A stretch of 64,000 nt of DNA from Perkinsus olseni (lineage: Eukaryota): assembly GCA_013115125.1 (NCBI GenBank), contig JABANN010000054.1:1-64000 (forward strand). Direction: 5' to 3'. Of the stretch, positions 11,336 to 23,581 are shown one piece after another. Positions within the stretch are counted from its first letter, which is position 1. The number at the start of each line of letters is the position of its first letter. The notes beneath the pieces were generated by a model that was given only the letters and a program-made list of their open reading frames with translations, was not told where the DNA came from and searched no databases. A program made the translations under genes and the position numbers.

Positions 11336-13525
11336 TTAATTGGCGGTACGAAGGCTTACATGCGTATGATGGGTGGAACTCCTTTCGCTTTCTTCGCGAT
11401 GATGATCTTGCAAGATTCTGATAGTTTCTGACGTAGCATCGCTAAACCGTCCGCGTGCACTCAGCCGTCCAACCCTCAAGTATTCAGCCTCGACCGGTGT
11501 GAGCTCCACTAAGGCCCCTTCGACATAAGCTACGATGCAGAGGTCTGGAGGAGGCTTAGCGGCTAGCTTCGTGCCTGCCAACCCGAGTGGGAGCCGGCAA
11601 CGAGGCGGACGTACCGATGACGTGAGAGCTCACTGTAGAGGAAACAAGCTGGGACTTGTTCTTTGCTCCCTGAGGGAGGCCCTTGTGAGAGCCAAGACGT
11701 CTGCATAGAAAAACCTGGAAGGAGCGAAGAACGGAGTGTCTCCCTTGCATCGTACAGACTTACCCTCCCGGGGAGCTCCGCAAGGATCTCTAGCCGCGAG
11801 TCGCCCCCGAAGGTTGTCGCGAGGCTCATCAAGTCGCCCAGGACAAGATCCACCGTCAGCAGTAATATCGTAACGATGATCATCGCAATCTCGAAATTGC
11901 CAAGACCAGAGGCGGCGTCCTGATTTCCCAACTGACGGCCGAGCAGCGGGAATGGGAGGAGTTGTGTTCACCGTCATGTGAATGAGTTCGACGATGCATA
12001 GAACCAACAAAAGGACGCGAAGGGGCGCCGAGGCAAGCCTTTGGAGGCGATAACTAGATGAAGTCAGTTGGAAGAGGGCAGCTGCTGCTTGAAGGCTCTC
12101 ACTGATAACAGTTGTTTCCCTTCACGCTGAATAACAGCGCCAGAAAGAAGCAAAGAATTGAGCCCCACTGGAGAACCAGCGCCGAACTGAAAAAAGCTGG
12201 TCATTGACGGCGTAAGAATCGGAGATAACACTGACAGCGCTAGATAGGTAGCTGAGGACGAGACGAGGCGAGCCGTGAACAACAGAGGTACCTGGCAGGG
12301 AGCAGAGGGCATGGTTCACGTTGAGAGTGCGGTTGAGGGCCTTCCCTACCATGATCATCACCGCGCTATGACTACCCCGAGTATATTTATTGGGCGTATC
12401 GACAAGCTGAGAGAAAGGTAGAAATTGAGTGTCAGTCGGGCAAGGAGTGGTACGGAGGCTTTCAGAGCTTGGACGAAGATGTCCTGCTGCTTCGGTGGCC
12501 TGAGCAGCGCTTTCTTCCGGCCGACTTGAGCTGACCACTCGCCGTGCTTTTGCTCCATCAGACTGGAGAAATACCAAGACCCTTCACATGGAAACAAGGC
12601 TTCTCCGCGGGAGAGATGTTATCCCCTACTCATAGGAAGCACAGTGGCTTTGAAGTAGAACGGGTCGAAGGCGATCTCAGAAATCGTCAGTGTCTTGATG
12701 TCAACAGGGGACGTCACACCTGACGGCGTGCAAAGTCCTCAGAGAGGGTGAAGTGACCTGACGGGGTACGTGATGGCACCTTTGGCAGCCAGACGAGAGT
12801 TCCCCAATCTCCTCGTGGCAGAAGCTTTCAAGTCGATGAGGGTGAAGTCCGTCCAAGGATGGTCACATGCAAGAGTGATCCTCCCTGTGATAGGATGGCG
12901 TTTGAACTTATACAAGTAATAGTCCTTCGGCAGCGACACATACCTGACAGATGCCGATCACTTGACTCAGTGACGGCACGACTCACGTCACGGGCACCTC
13001 CGAAGGGGATAGCTTAGGCACCCTCTCGAGGACTTTCTGCTCAGGAGCCACTTTGGCGGCCTATGGGGCAATCGAGGTGGCGCTCAACAGACAGCCGCTG
13101 GCACCACCTTGGGGTCGATGGAGGCGCGTCGGCCAGGCAGAGGGGTTAGGTCGTAGCGCTTCTCGTACTCCTGCCTAGTGTTAAGTTGATCCTGAAGTGT
13201 ACTTTTCGATCAGCCGTTCGCTTCAGGTACTTACCTTATCAGCGAATGCTTCATACCAGTGACGGCGTTTGGACGCATCCGGTACGCGGGCTGATGCCGT
13301 GGGTGTAAGGGTCCCCGAGGTTGACGAGGAGGGAACTACTGTCTTGCGATGGGGAGCTAGTACCAACGACATACTCAGAGCATAACAAACTAATTCCATC
13401 AGAAGCTCTGGTTTCAATTTTGATCGCCGAATTTCCACCAGTAACACTTTAGCCGGATGAATAGGAGGGAAAGTTCCACCAAAACAAGACCGTAGCCACC
13501 AAACTTGTCGGTTTCCCGTTAGCAT
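11336..13525 (-). CDS. hypothetical multi-pass membrane protein, multi-exon (5' end uncertain)
   Basis: Chain of minus-strand ORFs separated by GT..AG introns; hydrophobic segments YLALSVLSPIL, FLLVLCIVELIHM, FEIAMIIVTILLLTVDLVL. Confidence 0.45.
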
Positions 13526-13992
13526 GGCAGAAGTGGGAAGAAATGTCGGGCAGACTTCCTCTCTTCAAAAAAGTCTCTAGAGAAGTCCGCACTCATCCTA
13601 GAGTCCGCGCTCCTAATTTGCCGACAGCAGAATAGACCACGCTCGTTGTGTGAAATGCCTCCTCACAGTAAAGATGGCTGCGGTGTAGTTGACGACGCAT
13701 ACTTGCCACAGTTGCCTCGGCTTCGAGGCCGCCTCATATCCAGTGTATTGGCTCTAGATTCACATGCTAGTCCCTCGGTAAGCCCTTGCATCATTCCCAG
13801 TCCATGTCTCTTGGCACCCACCGCACTTTTAGCTTTTCTCCGACAACCCGAGTTCTTCATTCTTATAACCATGACAACACAAGGAGCCGTGCAACCTCGA
13901 GTAACATAAAAACGGTGTTTATTAGGGGAGACGAAGAATCATAGCGTTCCCATTTTTCGCGAGAAAACTCGAAACGGATATTGCCCGTGTTT

Positions 13993-16403
13993 TTACTCGA
14001 CACCACAATCAACGATCACGACGCCGCCATCCACAGTAGGCTTGTCCTGAGTAAAAAGACTTGGCATTGTCGCTACCAGTCAGGAGGTCTCACCTGTGCA
14101 TCAGTCGGGACGTTCTCTACAGCGTCTAAGACGTCCATACCGTCAATAACTTCACCGAAGACGACGTGCCTACAAGAGGAAGTTGATACCGCGTCGCGAA
14201 GAAGTGTAGTTTAATATTGCACTACTTTCCATCAAGGTGAGGGGCGGGGGCGAAAGTAACGAAAAACTGTGAGCCATTGGTGTTAGGTCCGGAGTTGGCC
14301 ATGGACAAGAGTCCCCGCTTGGTCTGACAGGATCATGCATGAACGGGAGACGCGAGCCCTCAACAACCTACATGGTGGTCACGGAATCCTTCGTCCTGGA
14401 ATTTCTCGCCGTAGATCGACTCACCACCTGAGAAAAGTTTCATTACGAGAAGCCTTATGCTGCTGAGGGAACTACCGGTGCCATTGCCGTTGGTGAAGTC
14501 GCCGCCCTGCATCATGAAGCCCTTGATGACCCGATGGAAAGTGGAGCCCTTGTAGGCGAGGTCCACCTCGGGCTTGCTCTTGCACTTGCCGCCATCACCT
14601 ACAAAACGATAGGCTCAATGCTCATCATTAAACTTCATGTTGCTCCCACCTCTGCACAGCGTGAGGAAGTTGTCGGCGGTCTTGGGAACTGTATCGGAGT
14701 AGAGGGCAAACGTCACTCGTTTGGGCTCCTCCGTGCCGACCTAACGTGGATGAAGTGTAGACAAGTGTATCGGACGGCTGATGAGTATCACCTTGATGTC
14801 CATCCAGGCCTTGGGGAGCTTCGATAAGTCGTGGACAGGCGGCAGCTCAACATCGGCCTTCTCCGAGTAGATGCTATGACCAAACATTGCACCAAACGCG
14901 GCCTTCTCCTCAGACAACGCCTAGCCAAGCACAACTGGCGCTATAGTAGAGAATCAAGAGCTTTGACCAACGCTGATTTCACGTCTGTATCATCGACACC
15001 AACGGATGAACAGTAAGAATTTGAAACGCCGAGTGCTAAGTTGAAGCAAGGTCGAAGTATCTTCGTCAAAGTTCGGTGAGTTATATGCGCACGATGCATG
15101 GGAAGTATGGTACTACTACCGCCGCGAAAGAAACCCCGAATAGCTTTTATTACCTCCTTAGCCCTCTTCTTGCAGTCAGCCAGAGTCGTACGGATCTCTC
15201 GGTTCTGAGGCTCTGCCCGAGCTGCTATAAGAAGCTGCTCCTTGGCGTCCTTATAGGATGCTATTTCCATCAATGCAGCACCGTAGCGGAAGTGGGCCTT
15301 GGTCGATTTCTAAGAGTAAGGGTTACTTCACAGTCAACCAACAGCACTGCTGGTGCATTACATCGTCGATCTCAACAGCCTTCTTGCCGTAGTCAACAGC
15401 GGAATACCAATCCTTCATCTTCATGCAGGTACTACCAGACAGCAATCCGACACGCCCCCAAAGATTGTCCTCTCTATTACTTTGCCATATTCAAGTAGCA
15501 GGAGAGCAGGACCTTATCCTTATCCTCCTTATCAGCTCCCGACCATGACGATGTCTGCTCGAAGTAATCAACTCCCTCCTTGTACTGTTCCAAGGCTTCC
15601 TCGTATCTGACCACACCATCATTGAACGAAAACCCTAGTCTATCAGGACTTGCTCACTCGCCAGCCTTGAAAGCAGCGTTGCCCTTCTCCTTGCAGGCCG
15701 CCGCCGCGGCAACCTTCTCTTGCTTCGACATACTCCACTTGTCACTGAAAAGTAACTACCATCACACAAGGCAGCAGCAGTGGTGTCAACTCACGGCTTG
15801 CCGGGCTTGAAACTGAGCAGTTCGACGTCGAACTTCAGCCAGGAGTTGGGAGGGATCTCTGCGCCAGCTCCCACAGCACCGTAACCATAATCAGGATGGA
15901 AGGTGAAGATGGCGCGCTCCAACCGATGCATGCTTGCAACGCCTTCATCCCAGCCCTTGATAACCTACAGTACCGCACTGACCGACCCCATGTTTAGCGT
16001 TGTGATCATTGCTACCTGCCCCTTGCCGATAGTGAACTTGAACGGGGTGCCGCGCTTCCTGGAAGAGTCAAAGACCTCACCACTGTCCTTCAGCCAGCCA
16101 GTGTAGTGCACCTACAGTGATACTAATGCATCGATCTCCGCACTACAACCCAGGCAGCTCACCTCAACCTCATCGCCAGGCTTGGGGCAGTCCTCCCCGA
16201 GTCCCTCCTTGGTGACTTCCTTCACGCAATGACCGTCACCTACAAGACGAGCCAGAATAAGAACTATCAGGGAGTCATGAACCATTCCCCTTTCTACCGG
16301 ATATGTCCTCAGTACGGAGCACTATCGGTTCCTCCTGGATCTCCTCAGTATTCGCGGCGGAGGGTTTCTGCTCTTGCTCGACAGCAGCAGACGACGACGA
16401 CAT
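13993..16403 (-). CDS. FCBP: dual-family immunophilin: FKBP + TPR + cyclophilin (FCBP-type)
   Basis: FKBP ([49 protein letters not shown]), TPR ([29 protein letters not shown]), spliced in frame to cyclophilin ([69 protein letters not shown]). Confidence 0.92.
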
Positions 16404-16885
16404 TAGAATCGAGATGATATAATTAGACCTGTCTAGGCTTGAGTTGAACCCAGGAGAGTCGAGACTCTTAATATACCAGCTTGAAGGTGACCCATACGCC
16501 TGTCAAGGTTACGGACCGCACTAGGGTGAGGGTAGGGCTGTGATGGTGACACAGTGACACAATTGTGACGAGGATGTCTACGATCCTCTTCAAGAAGGTA
16601 ACATTGCCTTATGAGCCACCAGTCGAGATTCGAGAAAGCCGGCCTCGAGACTCTCGAATTTCTTGTAAAGGGTGGTAGCCGACTGTTGCTTGTCGGGAGC
16701 TATCGCTGGGAGGAGGGTTATCAAAATGACTGTGGATGATCGAGGATTCGAGCATACATTGGTAACTAGGAGAAGCAACTCTCAAGGTGACAACCAGAGC
16801 ACATTAACACATGAATACACCATTTCTAATCAACACCAAAGAGGATTGCTGATCATCTTGCGATGTCGTCGGGCGCCTAGGACGA

Positions 16886-17746
16886 TCACTCCTTCACTCT
16901 TATGTACCTCACTGCCAACCTCCATGAAGCGATATTGGCCATACCGTAAAAAGTACTGTCTGACGGGATCTCAGCCCTCTTGGGCGTCTGCCTGCCTCGC
17001 CTCAAAGACAACTTCGAGCGTGCATGAATGAGGATTAAATACAAGTCGTTCCAAGCCTTCTTGCCAGTGTCGTGAAAACGGACTTGAGCGATGATAAAGC
17101 CGCCAGCCTGGATCATCTTGTTGTCAGAGAAGTTCTTCGTCACATCCTTCACACCTATAAGCCCGTCAACAACTTCCCCATGGGCCACTTTCACCTCCTC
17201 GTCCATCTCTTCCCTCATCCAACCTTCGTACTTGCCAGGTTTCAGCCCGGTGAAGTCATAATATTCCCTAGCCGGAAGCGATCTCAGACTGTTACTCTTG
17301 CACAGCTCCTTGAGTTCATCTTCGACCGTGTACAGCACGTCTTCCATTCCTGCAGTGATCATCTGTGGCTCTCCCTTGACCTTGGGAGTATACTGAAGGT
17401 TCTCGAAACAACCTTTGCCGTCCTTTCTGATGTCGGCCGTGAATTGCTCTGTCTCCCCAAGCTTGTCTAGGGCCAGGATGGTAGCACTCGTAGCTACATC
17501 CAGTCTGGCTTGAGTTTGATTCACTACAGCCCAGTGTAGGCCGATCGCGACGGGTAGCACCCTCCAAGCATCCAAGGCTTCGAAGTTGTAGCGTCCAGTC
17601 TGATTGTGAGTGTTTTCGTAGTCCTTGTTTGACGGAAGGAAGAAGTACGTGCGAACCTTTCCCTCACCATAAAGGATCCGCAAAGGATGAAGGTTCGCAG
17701 TGACGATACCCGGTAAAAACAACGCTATCAGCTGCTGCCTAACCAT
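16886..17746 (-). CDS. intronless putative secreted hypothetical protein
   Basis: Long single ORF; likely start MVRQQLIALFLPGIVTA resembles a signal peptide. Confidence 0.6.
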   Translation of the reverse strand: MVRQQLIALFLPGIVTANLHPLRILYGEGKVRTYFFLPSNKDYENTHNQTGRYNFEALDAWRVLPVAIGLHWAVVNQTQARLDVATSATILALDKLGETEQFTADIRKDGKGCFENLQYTPKVKGEPQMITAGMEDVLYTVEDELKELCKSNSLRSLPAREYYDFTGLKPGKYEGWMREEMDEEVKVAHGEVVDGLIGVKDVTKNFSDNKMIQAGGFIIAQVRFHDTGKKAWNDLYLILIHARSKLSLRRGRQTPKRAEIPSDSTFYGMANIASWRLAVRYIRVKE

Positions 17747-17962
17747 GTCGAACAGTAGAGACAGGGAGATCTCCGGAAAATATGAACCTGGGGCGAGCGA
17801 GATTGCAGTCGAAGAGACGACAACGATTTGACAAATTATGAGACCATACACGAATGGTGATAGTTAGGTGCTTGCAGCAGCGGTCATGGACGGGCCTTCT
17901 CACTTTGGTTGAGGGACCGGGAAGCGCGCGTCATGCTAGGCATTTCAACGTTATTCTTTCCG

Positions 17963-20030
17963 ATGCCATTGGGGGACTCTATCGACCCTGAATTGGGTTA
18001 TGACCCAGAGCTGCTCACTAAGGCCATAGCCCGGGCCTTACCACCTACCTATGACTTCGAGATCCCTCAGACGATCAGTAAACTACGGAAAAGGGTACTA
18101 ATGGCAAGTCGGTCCGGAGCACACGGATTCCCTTTAGAAATGCACTCACGTCGCACTGCAGCTCCCCGATGGTCTTCTTCAGTTCGCCACGGTCCTCTCC
18201 GATATCTTCAAAAAGTAACTGGTCGTGTGACGTGTGTCTGGGCACTGGCATATCTTAGGTTTTGCACTCCATATCTCCGCACTGTGACGATTGTCGCTGA
18301 TGCCGTTTTCGGAGCCTGCTGCATTGACGATCTTACTTGTCGGGCCATCGGGGCGGATGCAATGGTTCATTATGGTAATGCTATAGGCTTGTGGACGATT
18401 GAGCGAAGTGATTGCTCTTCAGGTCACTCTTGCCTGACCCCAGTGGACCAAACTGTGGTTTACACCATGTGAGTTGAGTGAACCTATTTCGTATCTTACA
18501 TGGTTGAACTTTAGATACGTTCTAGTACGTATATCATACGATGTGAATCACATGACAGCGTCTCTCGCCGCCGCTGTCCCTCCGGAACAAAGGCCCGTAG
18601 CCCTCATGGCAACAGTACAATTCTCACAGATGCTTGACGAGGCGAAGGACATAATGAGGAGGAAGTAGTACTGCTCAGTCAGAGGGGCGTAGCGCTTCAC
18701 TGTCGTCATCAATGTCCGTGGCGGCTCTTCGTCCGGATTTGTATGTAATCGTTTCCGATGAACACACTCTGAGTGTTGGAATGTGATCTTGCCAGGTACG
18801 GCTGGGAGGCTGACGACTTGTTCGTACCACAGATCAAGCCATTGAGCAAGGGAGAGGTAGGGCGGGCTACACCATCCCTACAGCTTACTGTACCTCCTCA
18901 GACCTTGGGCTGCACAGCGCCATCTTTGGACGATCGTGCGAAGACTATTTACTACGTAGCGGACGGCCGATTCCATCTGGAGGGGGCCATGTTGGCGAGT
19001 CCGACGATTAAGAATGTGTAATGATCGACGGGGCTATCGTGCTCCGATGGGTCGCTGTAGGTTGCGATATTGCCCCTACACGCGACGACTGTTCCGTGAG
19101 GGGTTGGATCAAGAGAGCATGCACAGGACTAGGGAGGAGGAGATAGAACGGGCGAGGGCGTCCAAGAAAACTGTTGGTAGTAGAACTTAGATAAGTAGTG
19201 ATGGTGGGACTGTGGGGTCTCAGGACTTATCCTTGGGACGCTTGGCCGCCAGGGGTCCGTGGGAATCTTGGAGTCGGTGAGGGAGATAATACATAACTCT
19301 GGCAGAGAGACAGTCACCGTTCTGCTCAGTGAGGTAGTAGCGGTGGGAGGCCGAGGCCGTCGAGCGGGGAATCTTTGATGCGCAGATCACTACGGAGAAG
19401 CTGAGAGACCTCGGGGACTCTGTTGGGTGCTGGGTGGAAGTGGCGTGCCCGAGGTTAGCGCTCGATTGGGGTGCTGCAGAGTAGGAGATCATCGCCTTGT
19501 ACGCGGTCAGTGGACTCTCTCTGTGCTCAGTTATTCTAAGGATGCCCCTATGCTGTCGAGCTACGAGGCGTGCGTTGCTTTTGGGAAGGAGAAGTAATAA
19601 GGCGTGCAACGTGTGCATCTGACGGGACTTGCGCATTCACGGTTCAATTCGAAACTTTGTCTTCATTAGACGAGCAACTGATTCGTCGAAGAGCAGTTGT
19701 TCATTAGTAAGGATCGTGCGGGGTATCTTTCGTTCGTAGGTACGGTCGTCCATCATCCAATGGCTGTTCATCATCCTCCTGCTGTTCCAGCAAGACCGAT
19801 AAAGAGCCTTTGCGCTACCCTATGGACTACTACTCGAACACCGGAGGGGTATGGTCCAACTATCGCGCTAAGGGCGGCTTTGGTGGATCACAGAGCGGAC
19901 AGTAGGTTTCCGTTGTAGCCTGCCCGCTGATTACCAGCGTCATCCTTAGATACACTTTCTGGCACATGGGGCCAGGCAAGGCAGCGGAAGCGGCTAGGCC
20001 TGTGGGTGCTGCAGCGGCCGTGAGGCGATG
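17963..20030 (+). CDS. DPH1: diphthamide biosynthesis protein 1, multi-exon (3' end approximate)
   Basis: [91 protein letters not shown]. Confidence 0.93.
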
Positions 20031-20186
20031 ACCACGTCAAGTTGTTCACTGAAGTTTCTTCTTTTCTCGACTGCTTCTGCCATGAGTTCAGTCCGGAATT
20101 AATGGTTCGTTATCGCAGCAATTGTTGTTTTTTGATCATCGACTTTAAGTCACGATACTGTCTGCCACCGCCTTGATACCACAACG

Positions 20187-22731
20187 ATGAGCTATTACTC
20201 AAGCTCGAACTCTGCTGCCGCCCCTACGATAACAGCCACTGCACAGGACTTCCAGATTCACGCCTTGGAAGTTCAACTGGCGGGGGTAACGGAGGAGCGC
20301 GACGCTCTCGTCCGACGTCTGAAGAAACATAAATTTTGGTCTTCGTCTTCGAGTATGTGGATACTACAGTTGCAGGAGAAGCAAGAGTAGGATGCCTCCG
20401 AGCGTGGCGGTCGTATCCTCGTGATCTTCAGAGAGATCACTTCGTTGCAAGTGAAGATGGCTAACATGGAGGCAAAGCTGGCGGAGGTCTCTCGGGACTC
20501 CCAGGCGGCAGCGGTAATTACACCACCGTTGAGCGCCCTGACGATGACTGATGGGGAGTGTCAGACGGACTCGACGGGTGATGAGTTGCGGAAGTTATGG
20601 TATGTGGTCAGCTTCTGGTAGCTCAGACTCATCTGGGAGTTTTGGAGACCAACAGCCGGAGGAGGATGGTTCGCCGTCCTACTTCCCCTCTATCAACGCA
20701 GCCCTGGCTAGTGCCTCCAAGGCAGACCTGGAGAAGCAAGTAAGGGAACTACAGCGGCAAGTAGAGGTGAGAAGGAAAACATATTCATGCGCGGGTTCAC
20801 TTGAGCCATTTTAACGGTGAGAGGGAGCTCTCGAGATTACGGCAGAATCGTCGCTCAGTAGACTATCGGATAAGAATGGTGCTCTCATGTGATTTAGAAT
20901 ATCTACGCCTCGTTGTAGCCATAGGCGAAGGCTTCCTCTCTGGTTCGTTGTTTTGATCACTCCCGGGACTGATCTATGCGGCAGTCTTCCCGGACAAGGT
21001 TCATTGTAGGTGATGCGGCCGAAGGTCTCCCAGTACTACGTTTTGAGCTCTGAGCTGGCACGTCTAAAGGAGGAGAATCGGGACGGCCTCAACGGCATCG
21101 ATATTGCTGGTGCGAAAGGCCAAGCAATGACATCAGTGTTTCCTGTTCATGGCCTGTTTTATTCAGTGGACACGTCGGGCCTCCAAGGCAGGGACAGTGT
21201 ATCCACACAGACGGACTCCTCGGTGGCGTCTCGTGGAGGTAGTCAAACAGTGGCAGCCTGGCAACAGGTAGGAAGAGGAGATGCTCAACCTCAATGACAT
21301 CATCATCGTCGTCTGCCGGCGATGGTGGCGCTCGTCTTATTGTCGCGTGTTCCTCCATTCAACAAACAGTCCGAAACTCAGGATCGCTGTAGTTGAATTT
21401 TACACGTAATATGTGGTTCCAGAATCGATTCCGAATTTCCGAATTGCATCGCGCATGTCGTCGGTTTTCAGGTGGGGCAGCTCCGGGATAAGCTACGAGA
21501 CACTGAGATAGCGTTGAAGAGGTCCCAACGGCAACTGTCTGATCTCCAGGAGCAGCATGCTCGTGCGGGGGCGGAGCTGAGGGCCTCCTGGGCTAAGCGG
21601 GAGGCTGAGACACACGCGACGGCGGCGGTGGGCCTGTGCCCCTCATGCTCGAGATCGACTAGTGGCAGCGAGAAAGGCGACAGCCCTTCGGCGAATAAGG
21701 AGGCCGAGGGACGACTAGAGGAGCTCCAGCTTGCCTTGAAGACGTCACAGCAACGAGCTGATAGCTTCGCGAGCGAGCTGTTCAAAGCACAGGATGAGCT
21801 CAGCACTGCCAATGGTCAGCTGATACAGCAGAGAAGGAAGATGGCTGAGTTGGGATCTAAGGTGGGCTATCCTTCGCTACAGGGAATACGATTCTTTCTG
21901 CTGTTTCAGGTCGATTCATTGAAAGCAAAGCTGTCAGAGCAGTACGAGCTTGCGGCTCAGAGACGGGAGAGTGAGGAGTCTCTGGCTGCAAGTCGTCAAG
22001 AAGTGATCGACGAGCTCAGTGACCAGATCCGAGCCTGGGTGTCCTCTCATCGAGGTGAGCACGCTCGGTGGTGATTCTACATGCCACGGTGCGTTCTCAG
22101 ATCTGTCGCAGAAGTACCAAGCTTTGGAGCATCAGGCGGAGCTGTCTAGACTCGATGCGACGGACCGGGCCTCTGAGTTGTCCCTAGCGCAGGCCACAGC
22201 TGACAAGGCAATGTCGAATGCACGAGCGCTGAAGATAGAGTACGCTGAGGTAGGAAGCGGTATCCTTGAGGAGGAGACGACCATGTTAACCAATACCTTG
22301 GTCACTTGCTCTCTTGCTCGATTCCCAAGCATGGTCGATATGGAATCACCATGGATTAATCTCTCGTCTGTGCTCTTTCGACAACCCTATCCCTTGTTGA
22401 GCCTCCGTCATGGTCCCTCTAGGTCACGAGCCAGCTTGCGATTGCACGGCGGCAGCTTGACGAACTGAAAGCATCACACGTGGGCATCAGACCTGACGAT
22501 ACCCTCTGCAGTATACAGTCCAGCGGTAGGTGGCTGCGTCGCTGCAGCACCCCTCGGCACTAGCGTGTCTTAGGATCGAGCTCGTCAGGGCCGTCTCAGG
22601 GCCCGTCGTTTGGCGGCAGCTCTTCGTCTGATGGGTACCCTATAGTGCAAGTCGCTGATGCAGCCTCGTCGCGATCAGCAGCGTTGGTCCAACATCTGAT
22701 TCGTCGAGGCTCCTACCAGCGTCGCCGGTAG
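20187..22731 (+). CDS. long coiled-coil hypothetical protein, multi-exon
   Basis: Successive heptad-rich exons (LEVQLAGVTEERDAL, QLRDKLRDTEIALKRSQRQL, LEELQLALKTSQQRAD) with GT..AG introns. Confidence 0.6.
21370..21443. repeat. copy 1 (intronic) of a ~75-bp palindromic dispersed element
   Basis: actcaggatcgct...ttttacacgtaatatgtggttccagaatcgattc is shared with 40841-40917. Confidence 0.75.
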
Positions 22732-23581
22732 TCGTCAGTTCCTAGTCGTTCCCTGTAAAGTTACCGCTTTTGTACGATTCTCGCCGCATATCATTACAGC
22801 CACTGTACCTTCCAACGCTACCGGCCACGTTCCTGCCACCCATTGACCGCGTCTTCGATTATATTTAGTTTCGCGTGATTACCAATTCCCCTGCGTTGAT
22901 AATGAGGGTTGCCGAATGAAGATGATGCGCCGCTCGTCTAGAGTCCGCGGCGGACTCTGGAAGACCGGGAAAAAGGAGAGGGCTCAAGAATAAGAAATTC
23001 TGTTTTTTCTCGCCTCGTGAGAGGGCCATCCACTGCAGGTTATCTAGAGGGATAGCCTACTGAGGGATTGCCGTCTGCTAGGAAGCACTCCATAACCGAA
23101 TAAGCTAGCAGTCTTCTAGTAGCAGATAACAACTGCAATGACTATGGTTGTATACATACTAACCTTCTCTACTTGAGTGGGCAAAATCCCCAGTCACCCA
23201 ATGGTCCCTGGAATATGCAGTCGGGGGTAACTGTCGGGTAACGCTCCTGAGGAGCTCCCGAGCGGGATGGATGAAACATAACTGTAGATTGCGTGACTGC
23301 GTAGCAATAATCCCCCACCCTCTCCGATGCTCAGACTGGCTACGTCATAGTCAATGCCGTGCTGTATTTGAGGATTCCGTGATGGAATGCCTGACGGGAA
23401 GAAGCGCTTCTCTGGGCCCATTGCACAGATGCTTACTGATGCGTTGTAGTTCTCCCACCGGTGGGGTAGTCTCTGCTGCCCTACTTCGGGCTAGCGCCCT
23501 TGTCATCATGCTCCTTACGCAGTTGTATCATATCATCGTACACTAGCCTGTTCCGACTAGCATGGCTGGTATAGTGTTTGA

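Noticed and set aside
10891-11339. Possible small plus-strand gene divergent from the E2
   Set aside because: Could not build a consistent splice model or recognise any family
13489-13500. ACCGTAGCCA resembling the start of the perkinsid/dinoflagellate spliced leader
   Set aside because: Only 10 nt match, the TGGCTCAAG end is missing, and no gene on that strand follows
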